Below, piece by piece: positions 44,244 to 52,575 of a stretch of DNA of 64,000 nt (its first letter is position 1; each line of letters begins with the position of its first letter). Position numbers and translations under genes: made by a program. Below the pieces are notes generated by a model. That model was not told the origin of the DNA. It worked only from the letters and a program-made list of their open reading frames with translations, and searched no databases. The DNA is from an uncultured Kiritimatiellota bacterium. GTDB lineage: Bacteria > Verrucomicrobiota > Kiritimatiellia > RFP12 > UBA1067. Location: positions 4,738 to 68,737 of the forward strand of contig CAKTZA010000009.1 in the NCBI GenBank assembly GCA_934635045.1, in the 5' to 3' direction.

Positions 44244-45431
44244 CTATGTCCGCCGCGACTTTTCGCGCCACTGCGCGAGCGTGTGTCCCGTTGCCGCCTT
44301 GAACACGCGGCGCAGGTCAACCAGAGACGAAAAGCCGCAGAAGTCGGGCAGGGACGCAAGGTCGTGGTCGCCGCCCCGGATCAGCTCCTTCACCCGCGCA
44401 ATGCGCCGGCTGCGGATCTCCTCCAGGATCGTATGGCCCAGGCACGCGCGAAAACGCTGATGGCCGTAAGAACGCCGACAGCCCATGACCGCGATGACGT
44501 CTGCCGACGTGATGCGGTCGGTCGCGTGCCGGCGGATGAACTCCAGCGCCCGCATGACACGCCCGTCACAGACGGGCAGAAGCTGCGTCGATGCGCGGCG
44601 CACGACCTGCGCGACGCCAAAGGTCGCGGCCTGTCCCCGAACGTCCTCGCCCGCCAGCAGACGATGCAGCGTCTGCGCGGACAGGTAGCCGCACGACTCG
44701 AAGTCCTGTTCGACGCTCGTCAGCGTCGGGTCGCCGCTCTCGCAGATGTCGCGCCGGTTGTCCACGCCCACGAGCGCGATCTCGTCCGGGATGCCGATGC
44801 CCTCCGCGAGGCAGATGCTGCGGACGCACTCGGCCACCACGTCGTTCGCGGCGAACACGCCGCAGGGTCTCGGCAGGGCCATCAGCCACGTCCGCAGGGC
44901 GCGCATCCGCCGCGCCGCCGTCGTTGCCGGGACGGCAAACCGGCTGAACGTCGCGCCGTGGGCTTGCGCCCGCCGCGCGAACACGTCGCCTCGCCCCACG
45001 CTCCACGCGCGACACGGGTCGGCGACGAACGGCACATAGGCGAAATGGACGAGCCCCTGCCGGACAAGCTCGTCGAACGCCGCACCCGCCACGGCTTCCG
45101 CATCGCTCGACACGCACGCGAACGGCGCACGATCCGCGCCAACCGCGTCCGGCGAACTGTCGCAGAACACGACCGGAACCCCGTTCAGTCCGGGCATTTC
45201 GGACAGCGTCTCGACCGAAAGCCCCGCGTCCGCCAGAAGCCCAACCGGACGCCACTGGTCAACAAGCCCGCCCAGGATGTCCCGGTAGTCGATGCGGAGC
45301 AGCGTCCAGCCCGCCACGTCGGCGTAGCGCCGAATGCCCTTCACAAGACGCACGGACGACTCGTCCACCGCAATCCGCAAAACCAGCACGCACGGACGCG
45401 CGGCAGTCGTTCCCCGGTGGCGTTTGACCAT
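44244..45431 (-). CDS. XylR-like regulator (sugar-binding-type domain plus AraC HTH), second copy
   Basis: Same architecture as 9712..10881. C-terminal FIRRHATDRITSADVIAVMGCRRSYGHQRFRACLGHTILEEI... Confidence 0.65.
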   Translation of the reverse strand: MVKRHRGTTAARPCVLVLRIAVDESSVRLVKGIRRYADVAGWTLLRIDYRDILGGLVDQWRPVGLLADAGLSVETLSEMPGLNGVPVVFCDSSPDAVGADRAPFACVSSDAEAVAGAAFDELVRQGLVHFAYVPFVADPCRAWSVGRGDVFARRAQAHGATFSRFAVPATTAARRMRALRTWLMALPRPCGVFAANDVVAECVRSICLAEGIGIPDEIALVGVDNRRDICESGDPTLTSVEQDFESCGYLSAQTLHRLLAGEDVRGQAATFGVAQVVRRASTQLLPVCDGRVMRALEFIRRHATDRITSADVIAVMGCRRSYGHQRFRACLGHTILEEIRSRRIARVKELIRGGDHDLASLPDFCGFSSLVDLRRVFKAATGHTLAQWREKSRRT

Positions 45432-45455
45432 GTGTCTGCTCCTTCCGCAGCCTCT

Positions 45456-46793
45456 TCAGGCGGGAACGCCGACCAGGATCTGCGGATGCGCTTCGGTGAT
45501 GCGGATGCGGACGAGCGAGCCGATGGCCGGCGCGCGCAAGGCGCAGGCGGCATCGGCCGGCGGCTCCCAGACGACGATGCGGTTGCCAGAGTCGCGCCCC
45601 GACAGGCGCGCCTTGTTGCGCTTCGACGGCCCTTCGACCATGACCTCGCGCACCGTGCCGACAAGCGCGTCGTTGCGGCGCTGGCCGCGAACCTCCTGGT
45701 CGGCGAGAAGCACCTGGTCGCGCCGTTCCTTCTCCGCCGTCGGCACGTCGTCCGGCCGCGCCGCGCTGCGCGTCCCCGGACGCGGCGAGTACTTGAAGAC
45801 GAAGGCGTTGTCGAAGCCGGCCTCCTCCATCAGCGACCGCGTCGCCTCGAAGTCCGCCTCCGTCTCGCCCGGATAGCCGACGATCACATCCGTCGTCACC
45901 GCGAATTCGGGATCGAACGCGCGGAGCTTCCGCACCGCGTCGAGGTACTCGGCGCGCGTGTAGCGCCGCCCCATCTCCTTCAGGATGCGGTCGGAGCCGG
46001 ACTGCACCGGCAGGTGCAGGTGACGGCAGACCTTCGGGCAGTCCCGGTAGACGGCGACCAGCTCGTCCGTGCAGCCCTTCGGGTGCGCCGAGGTGAAGCG
46101 GATGCGCGCAAGCCCGTCGATCTCCTGCAGGGCGCGCAGAAGGCGCGGGAACGCCTCGCCCTCGTCCGTCTCCCACGCCCGGTTGCGGATGCCGTAGCGG
46201 AGGACGCTCTGTCCGAGGAGGCAGACCTCCTTCACGCCGCGCGCGGCGAGGCTCTTCACCTCGGCGATGACTTCCTTCGCCGGGCGGGAGTACTCGTGCC
46301 CGCGCACGTCCGGGACGATGCAGTAGCTGCACCGGTTGTCGCAGCCGAGAAGCACCGTCACGTAGCTCTGCACGGCGGCGAACGTCCCGGCGCGGCGCGT
46401 GTCCGGGTGCGCGTCCAGCCCCTGCGGCACCTCGTCGTCGCCCAGCTCCAGCGTCGGGTACTTCGCGTCCGCCACGATCTTCGGGATGAGGCCGAAGCGA
46501 CGCGGCCCGACGGCGAAATGCAGCTTCGGCAGGCGCCTGAAGACGTCCGCCCCCATCCGCTTGACGGCACAGCCCATCAGGCCGACGACCTTGCCCGCCG
46601 CGAGCAGGTTCCCGGCCTTGCCGACGGACTTCTCCTCGGCCTTCTGGCGGACGGTGCAGCTGTTGATGAGGACGAGGTCGGCCGCGCCCTCCGTCGCGAC
46701 CTCCTCATGGCCCGCCGCGACGAGCAGCGCCGCGACCGCCTCCGAGTCGCGCACGTTCATCTGACAGCCGTAGGTATGGATAAGGAACTTCAC
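45456..46793 (-). CDS. miaB: tRNA-2-methylthio-N6-dimethylallyladenosine synthase
   Basis: KFLIHTYGCQMN, radical-SAM CDNRCSYCIVP, C-terminal TRAM. GTG 46793 in GTGA overlap with the upstream stop. Confidence 0.85.
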   Translation of the reverse strand: MKFLIHTYGCQMNVRDSEAVAALLVAAGHEEVATEGAADLVLINSCTVRQKAEEKSVGKAGNLLAAGKVVGLMGCAVKRMGADVFRRLPKLHFAVGPRRFGLIPKIVADAKYPTLELGDDEVPQGLDAHPDTRRAGTFAAVQSYVTVLLGCDNRCSYCIVPDVRGHEYSRPAKEVIAEVKSLAARGVKEVCLLGQSVLRYGIRNRAWETDEGEAFPRLLRALQEIDGLARIRFTSAHPKGCTDELVAVYRDCPKVCRHLHLPVQSGSDRILKEMGRRYTRAEYLDAVRKLRAFDPEFAVTTDVIVGYPGETEADFEATRSLMEEAGFDNAFVFKYSPRPGTRSAARPDDVPTAEKERRDQVLLADQEVRGQRRNDALVGTVREVMVEGPSKRNKARLSGRDSGNRIVVWEPPADAACALRAPAIGSLVRIRITEAHPQILVGVPA

Positions 46794-47986
46794 TTCTTCT
46801 TCAGCACGACCAGCGTCTCGAAGCGCGCCGTGCGCGGAAACATGTTGAACCACCGGACGGACGCGACGTCATACGACCGCGTAATCTCGCGCAAGTCGCG
46901 CACGAGCGTCGCCGGATCGCAGCTCACGTAGAGGATGCGCGGAGCCGCCGACGCCGCGAGCCCCTGCGCGCCGCCCGGCTCCAGCCCACCGCGCGGCGGA
47001 TCGACGATGACGGTCGTCTGCGGCCCAATGGGCAGACGCTTCAGGCAGCGCCCGACCTGCTCGGCGCGGAATGTCGCCTGCGCGGCTTTCTGCGCGGCGG
47101 CGTTCCGCGTCGCGAACGCGACCGCCTGACGGCCCGACTCGACGCCGAGCAGCTTCGGCGGACGGCACGCGAGCCCGAACACGCCCACGCCACAGTAGAG
47201 ATCGAGAACCTCCGGCGCGACCGCGCGACCCTTTTCGTATTCGGCGACGACCGCCTGGGCGAGCGCTTCACCGACTTCGGGATTGACCTGGTAGAAGCCA
47301 TCCGCCGGCACCTCGAAGTCAAGGCCACACGTCGTCTCCTTCAGGACAAGATCCTTCGGCGCGTCGCCGACCCACCACTTGACGCCCGTCTTCCTCGTCC
47401 AGCGGACGGTGACGTTCCCCTTCTGCGCCGTGTCGCGGCGGACGGCCTCCGGCCCCGTCGTGAGCAGCGTCGTCACCGCACGCCGGATCTCGGGCAGCTT
47501 CGCGTTGATCTCGGGCCGCGCCAATGGATCGCTCGTCACGTCGACAATGGCGTGGCTCGGCTCCATGCGGTAGCCGATCGCCCACGCGCCATCCTGCCGC
47601 GCGAAATGGTAGACGACCTTGTTGCGGTAGTGGAGGAAGGAGGGAACGGGGAACGGGGAACGGGGGAAGAAGGGGGCCTGGATGCGGGCGCGGTCGAAGA
47701 ACTCGCGGAGCTGCTGTTCCTTGGCGGCGCATTCGCCCGCCTCGGAAAGCCCCGCGTAGACCATGCCCGGCATAGCGCCCGCCACGGCGTCATCGCGCCG
47801 CTCCGGCGAGCGTTCGACGACCTCGACGAGACGCGCCTTGACGAAGTGCTTCTTCTCCTCGACAATCTCGGCCTTGACCTGCTCGCCGGCCCACGCGCCG
47901 GGCACGAACACGACACGCCCGTCGCCGAGGCGGCCGAGGCCGTCCCCGCCGTAGACGTTCTTCGCGATGTAGACGGTCGAGATCAC
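46790..47986 (-). CDS. TRAM-domain SAM-dependent RNA (uracil-5)-methyltransferase, RlmD/RumA family, with PFPVP insertion
   Basis: VLDLYCGVGVFGLA, IVDPPRGGL, ILYVSCDPATLVRDL. The inserted FFPRSPFPVPSF is encoded by G-run repeat 47642-47676. Confidence 0.75.
   Translation of the reverse strand: MISTVYIAKNVYGGDGLGRLGDGRVVFVPGAWAGEQVKAEIVEEKKHFVKARLVEVVERSPERRDDAVAGAMPGMVYAGLSEAGECAAKEQQLREFFDRARIQAPFFPRSPFPVPSFLHYRNKVVYHFARQDGAWAIGYRMEPSHAIVDVTSDPLARPEINAKLPEIRRAVTTLLTTGPEAVRRDTAQKGNVTVRWTRKTGVKWWVGDAPKDLVLKETTCGLDFEVPADGFYQVNPEVGEALAQAVVAEYEKGRAVAPEVLDLYCGVGVFGLACRPPKLLGVESGRQAVAFATRNAAAQKAAQATFRAEQVGRCLKRLPIGPQTTVIVDPPRGGLEPGGAQGLAASAAPRILYVSCDPATLVRDLREITRSYDVASVRWFNMFPRTARFETLVVLKKK
47642..47676 (+). 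repeat. G-run repeat GGGAACGGGGAACGGGGAACGGGGG (G-quadruplex-type motif) in the rlmD-like gene
   Basis: Five G3-5 runs separated by AAC/AAGAA on the plus (template) strand. Confidence 0.85.
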
Positions 47987-50013
47987 TTCGTGAACTTCAC
48001 GACGAATCCGCCGCCCTGTGCCAGGCGGAAGGGCATCCTCTCGCCGGCCTTGACCCGCTTCGTCTCGTGGACGTAGTGCGTCGGCTGCGCGTCGGCGTCC
48101 GCCGCGTCACGGAAGATCTCCGCCGTCCATTCGCCCGCGCCGAGGAACGACGTCTCAACCGTGAAGTCCTGCGCCGTCGCGGACGCGATGCCGGCCGCGT
48201 ACCAGCTGCCGTCCTTCGCCTGGCGCGCGCACGCCGCGACCGTGTCCGGCGTGCCGCCAAGGGCGACCGTGTCCTTCCAGACGACGGGCGTCGCCGCCAT
48301 GAACGCGAACGACTCCATGTTCCGCTCGTAGTTCGTCGGCGAGTCGCTCAGCATTTGGAGCGGCGCCTCGTAGAGGGCCATCATCGCCATCTGCCGGCAC
48401 CGCGTGCCGACCGAGCCGGGGAAGTTGCCGGTCTTGCCCTTCGCCGGGTACTTCCCGACCGGGTAGTTCAGCATCGCGCCCGGCGTGTAGTCCATCGGGC
48501 CCGCCGTCAGGCGCAGGTAGAACGCCCGTACGTCGTTCGCCATCATGTCGTAGTCGCCGCCGAACCACTTCATCTGCTCAAGCCCGTGGATGCCCTCGTA
48601 GTTGACGATGTTCGGGTACATCCGCTGCATCCCGACCGGGCGGTAGGCGCCGTGGTAGTCGACGAGCATCCGGTGCCGCGCGCAGGCCGCCGCGAACCTC
48701 TCGAGGAAGTTCGCGACCTCCGCGTCGCCCCGGTCCATGAAGTCGACCTTGAAGCCCTTCGCGCCGAGCTTCGCGAAGTGCGCGGCGACCTTCTCCTCCT
48801 CGCCGTAGGCCTGCGCCCACGCCATCCAGAGGATGATGCCGACGCCCTTCCTGTCAGCGTAGTCGATGATGTGCGGCACGTCCACGTTCGGGTGGTACTT
48901 CCAGATGTTGAGCGACTCGCTCCAGCCCTCGTCGAGGATCACGTACTCCACGCCCGTCTTCGCCGCGAAGTCGACGAACCGCTCGTAGGTTTTCGTGTTG
49001 CAGCCGTCGTTGCCCTGGTTGTCGAAGCAGTTCCACCAGTCCCACGCGACCTTGCCGGGCTTCACCCACGAGAAGTCCGCGCCCTTCGCCGCCGGCGTCG
49101 CGAGGGCGTTCACGATGTCCGCCTCGCAGAGCTTCGACGGCGCGTCCGCGAGGACGAACGTGCGCCACGGGAAGGTGCGCGCGCCGTCCGCGACGAGCAG
49201 GTAGTCCTCGAATTCCGTGATCTTCACCCAGCGGCCGCCCTTGTCGAGCTTCTGGTCTCCCCAGCCGCCGACACGCTGAGTCTTCTTCGGCCAGCGCGCG
49301 AATTCGGCCTTGAGCTCGACAGGGCCGGACTTCTCCGTGCGCGTCAGGTTCCAGACCGGGTAGCCGCGCACGTCCGACTCGGTGACGGCGACCGTCTTGC
49401 CGCCGGTCGTGTAGACGAGCGGAAGATAGACCAGGCGGTCGCCCTGCCAGCTCGCCGGGCCGCCGTCCTTTGACGTCAGCACGTCCGCCGCCGACAGGCG
49501 ACGGGGAACGCTCTCCTCCTGACCGAAGCCGCCGGTGTAGTTGGCCCAGCACGTCGCTGCCGCGTCCGGGATCGTCACGTCGGCCTTTTCCGCGTCGATC
49601 GTGCCGCCCTTCGCCGTGTAGAAGCGGTAGGCGACGCCGTCGTTGCGCGCGGCAAGCTCGATGCCCCAGTCGCCGAAATCGGCCTTCGCGAACGCGCCCG
49701 CGAGGTCGAGCCTGTCCTTCTTGTAGACCGGCGCGGTCTCGACGCCCGTCTGCGTCCACCGCGTGACCGTCGGCTTCTTCGTCGCCGCGTCCTTCCAAAG
49801 GCAGCGCCCGTCGACCTTCAGGCTGATCTCGCTCTTCGCGACGACCTCCACGCCGTCACGGGCGACCGCGTAGGCCAGCGGATTCGTCCAGAGCCGGATT
49901 TCGTTGCGCCCGTCCGGCGAAACCGCCGTCATTTCGGGCTTGCCCGTCTTGCAGAGGCAGCAGCAGCCCGCCGCAGCCGCGCAGAGTGTCAGCGCCATCA
50001 GGAGTTTCTTCAT
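47983..50013 (-). CDS. GH97 alpha-glucosidase/alpha-galactosidase family protein
   Basis: Lipoprotein-like signal MKKLLMALTLCAAAAGC. GVEYVILDEGW, GIILWMAW, GFKVDFMDRGD are GH97-type blocks. Confidence 0.8.
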   Translation of the reverse strand: MKKLLMALTLCAAAAGCCCLCKTGKPEMTAVSPDGRNEIRLWTNPLAYAVARDGVEVVAKSEISLKVDGRCLWKDAATKKPTVTRWTQTGVETAPVYKKDRLDLAGAFAKADFGDWGIELAARNDGVAYRFYTAKGGTIDAEKADVTIPDAAATCWANYTGGFGQEESVPRRLSAADVLTSKDGGPASWQGDRLVYLPLVYTTGGKTVAVTESDVRGYPVWNLTRTEKSGPVELKAEFARWPKKTQRVGGWGDQKLDKGGRWVKITEFEDYLLVADGARTFPWRTFVLADAPSKLCEADIVNALATPAAKGADFSWVKPGKVAWDWWNCFDNQGNDGCNTKTYERFVDFAAKTGVEYVILDEGWSESLNIWKYHPNVDVPHIIDYADRKGVGIILWMAWAQAYGEEEKVAAHFAKLGAKGFKVDFMDRGDAEVANFLERFAAACARHRMLVDYHGAYRPVGMQRMYPNIVNYEGIHGLEQMKWFGGDYDMMANDVRAFYLRLTAGPMDYTPGAMLNYPVGKYPAKGKTGNFPGSVGTRCRQMAMMALYEAPLQMLSDSPTNYERNMESFAFMAATPVVWKDTVALGGTPDTVAACARQAKDGSWYAAGIASATAQDFTVETSFLGAGEWTAEIFRDAADADAQPTHYVHETKRVKAGERMPFRLAQGGGFVVKFTK

Positions 50014-50076
50014 GCGTCGTTTTCCTTTTCGTCTTTTATGCGTTTTTCTTGTTATGTGTTTTCCTTGGTGGTCAAA

Positions 50077-50894
50077 TCAGAGGACGATGTTGTCGATAAG
50101 GCGCGTCTTGCCGCAGTACGCCGCGACGAGGACGCAGCAGCCCTTCGCGATCTTCTTGCGCGGCTCCAGTGTCTCGGCGTCGACGCATTCGACATAGTCG
50201 ACCTTGAGCCCGCCCTTCGCAATCGCCTTCGCGGCAGCCTCCGTCGTCTTGACCAGCCCGGCCTTGACGGCCTTCAGCGTCTGGGAGAGAACGAGGGCCT
50301 TCGCCTTCTCGTCGTCCGTCAGGTACGTGTTGCGGCTCGACCGCGCAAGCCCCGACGGCTCGCGCACGATCGGCGCGACGACGACCTGAAGGTCGAAGTT
50401 GAGGTCGCGCACCATCCGCTTGATGACCTGCGCCTGCTGGTAGTCCTTCTGACCGAAGACGGCGAAGTCGGGATGCGCGAGATTGAAGAGCTTGGCGACG
50501 ACCGTGCAGACGCCCCGGAAGTGGCCGGGACGCCGCGCGCCGCAGAGGCCCTTCGAGAGGTCTTCCTCGGTGACGTAGACGGAGTGGCGCGGGAGGTACA
50601 TGTTCGCCGGCGTCGGGAAGAAGACCGCCGTCGCGCCCGCCGCGCGGCACTTCGCGAGGTCGGCCTGCTCGTCGCGCGGATACTTCTCGTAGTCTTCGCC
50701 CGGACAGAACTGCACGGGGTTCACGAACACGGAGACGACAATCTCGTCCGCCCCCTTGGCCTTCGCCTTCGCGATCAGCGAGAGATGCCCCTCGTGCAGA
50801 TAGCCCATCGTCGGCACAAGCGCGATCTTCGCGCCGGCGAGCTTGCGGGCCTTGGCCCATTTCTGGAGTTTCAGCGGTTCACGGAAGATTTTCA
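50077..50894 (-). CDS. panC: Pantoate--beta-alanine ligase
   Basis: ALVPTMGYLHEGHLSL signature. Start at MKIFREP (ATG 50894), 7 nt after TATAAT. Confidence 0.9.
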
Positions 50895-50901
50895 TGGCGC
50901 G

Positions 50902-50910
50902 TATTATACC
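50902..50910 (-). promoter_or_regulatory. Extended -10 box TGGTATAAT, 7 nt upstream of the panC ATG
   Basis: Minus strand: TATGGTATAATacgcgccATG. Confidence 0.55.
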
Positions 50911-50943
50911 ATAACGCCGACGACGACCGCGCACGGCGCGCCG

Positions 50944-51804
50944 TCAGACGAGATTTCGAAGATACTGCCCATAGCTCGACTTCCCGTAGGCGTCGGCCAG
51001 CCGCTTCAGCTGGGCCTTGTCGATCCAGCCCTGCGACCACGCGATCTCCTCGATGCAGCTCATCTGGAGGCCCTGCCGCTCGACGATCGCCCGCACGTAG
51101 TTCGTCGCGTCCGCCAGCGACTGGTGCGTGCCCGTGTCGAGCCAGGCATAGCCGCGGCTCATGACCTTCACCTTCAGCTCGCCGCGCCGGAGGTATTCGC
51201 GGTTCACGTCCGTGATCTCGAATTCGCCGCGCGCGGACGGCTTCAGGTTCGCCGCGATCTCCACGACGGAGTTCGGATAGAAGTAGAGCCCGACGACCGC
51301 GTAGTTCGACTTCGGCTGTGCCGGCTTTTCCTCCAGCGAGACGGCCCGTCCGTCCCGGCCAAATTCCACGACGCCGTACCGTTCGGGATCCGCCACGCGG
51401 TAGCCGAAGACCGTCGGCGCCGGATCCGCGTTCGCCGCGCGCAGCATCGCCGGCAGCTCCGCGCCGTAGAAGATGTTGTCGCCGAGGACGAGGCAGACCT
51501 CATCGCCGCCGATGAAGTCGCGTCCGAGCACGAACGCCTGCGCAAGTCCGTTCGGCGTCTCCTGAACCTTGTAGGAGAAGCGCATGCCGAGGTCGGAGCC
51601 GTCCCCCAGAAGCCGCTCGAACAGCGGCAGGTCGGTCGGCGTCGAGATGACGAGGACGTCGCGGATCCCGGCGAGCATGAGCGTCGAGAGCGGATAGAAG
51701 ACCATCGGCTTGTCGTAGACCGGCAGCAGCTGCTTCGAGACGACGCGCGTGAGCGGATGAAGCCGCGTCCCCGCGCCTCCCGCGAGGATGATTCCCTTTC
51801 GCAT
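50944..51804 (-). CDS. rfbA: Glucose-1-phosphate thymidylyltransferase
   Basis: [49 protein letters not shown] is near-canonical RmlA. Confidence 0.9.
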   Translation of the reverse strand: MRKGIILAGGAGTRLHPLTRVVSKQLLPVYDKPMVFYPLSTLMLAGIRDVLVISTPTDLPLFERLLGDGSDLGMRFSYKVQETPNGLAQAFVLGRDFIGGDEVCLVLGDNIFYGAELPAMLRAANADPAPTVFGYRVADPERYGVVEFGRDGRAVSLEEKPAQPKSNYAVVGLYFYPNSVVEIAANLKPSARGEFEITDVNREYLRRGELKVKVMSRGYAWLDTGTHQSLADATNYVRAIVERQGLQMSCIEEIAWSQGWIDKAQLKRLADAYGKSSYGQYLRNLV

Positions 51805-51813
51805 GGCGTCCCT

Positions 51814-52533
51814 CTATTTCTTGCTGCCGTTGCCGAGGAAGCGCAGGATGTGCAGGAACAGGTTGATGAAGTCGAGGTAGAGCGTCAGCGCGCCGAGGAT
51901 GCCGACGCGATGGCGCGCCGCCGCGTCAAGCGAGCCTTCGACCGCCGCGAGCCGCCGGATCTTCTGCGCGTCGTACATCGTCAGGCCCGTGAAGATCAGG
52001 ATGCCCGCGAAGGAGATGATCAGGTCAAACCCGGACGACCGCGTGAACAGGTTCACGACGCCGGCGAGGATGAGCCCCCACAGCGCCATGCCGCAGACGG
52101 AACCGATGCTCGACAGGTCGCTCTTCGTCACGCTCCCCCAGATCGCGAGCCCGCCGAACATGCCGGCCGTGATGAAGAAGACCTTCTGGACGAGCGCGAG
52201 TTCGTAGGCGATGAAGACGACCGAGAGCGTCAGCCCGTTCACCGCCGCATAGGCGACGAACATGAGGTACGCGAGCGCAACCGGCATCTTCTGAATCGCG
52301 AAGCTTAGGATCAGCACGAGCGCGAGTTCGGCGACGATGCAGCCCATGAAGCCAGGGCCCTGAAGGACAACCTGCCACAGGCCCGTCGAGGCCGTCAACC
52401 ACGCGACAATGCCCGACAGCGCGAGCCCCGCGCACATCCACCCGTAGACGATCTTGAACGTCGCCGCAATCTGCGTCTGCTTCGCCGCAGTCGCATAGCC
52501 AGGGTGCCCAAACTGCTTCTCAAAGTCAATCAT
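51814..52533 (-). CDS. Bax-inhibitor-1/YccA-family membrane protein
   Basis: Seven predicted TM helices. C-terminal GALTLYLDFINLFLHILRFLG is typical of BI-1/YbhL proteins. Confidence 0.75.
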   Translation of the reverse strand: MIDFEKQFGHPGYATAAKQTQIAATFKIVYGWMCAGLALSGIVAWLTASTGLWQVVLQGPGFMGCIVAELALVLILSFAIQKMPVALAYLMFVAYAAVNGLTLSVVFIAYELALVQKVFFITAGMFGGLAIWGSVTKSDLSSIGSVCGMALWGLILAGVVNLFTRSSGFDLIISFAGILIFTGLTMYDAQKIRRLAAVEGSLDAAARHRVGILGALTLYLDFINLFLHILRFLGNGSKK

Positions 52534-52562
52534 GGTCTTTCTCCTTTGTTCGTTAGGACGCT

Positions 52563-52571
52563 ATTATACCA
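52563..52571 (-). promoter_or_regulatory. Extended -10 box TGGTATAAT upstream of the BI-1 family gene
   Basis: Minus strand: TATGGTATAATagcgtcctaacgaacAAAGGAGaaagaccATG. Flanked by the inverted repeat AGGACGC/GCGTCCT. Confidence 0.5.
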
Positions 52572-52575
52572 TATA

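Noticed and set aside
50014-50076. Promoter upstream of the GH97 gene
   Set aside because: There is only a weak TTGACC...CATAAC arrangement with poor spacing and no TGGTATAAT box, so I could not support a call.
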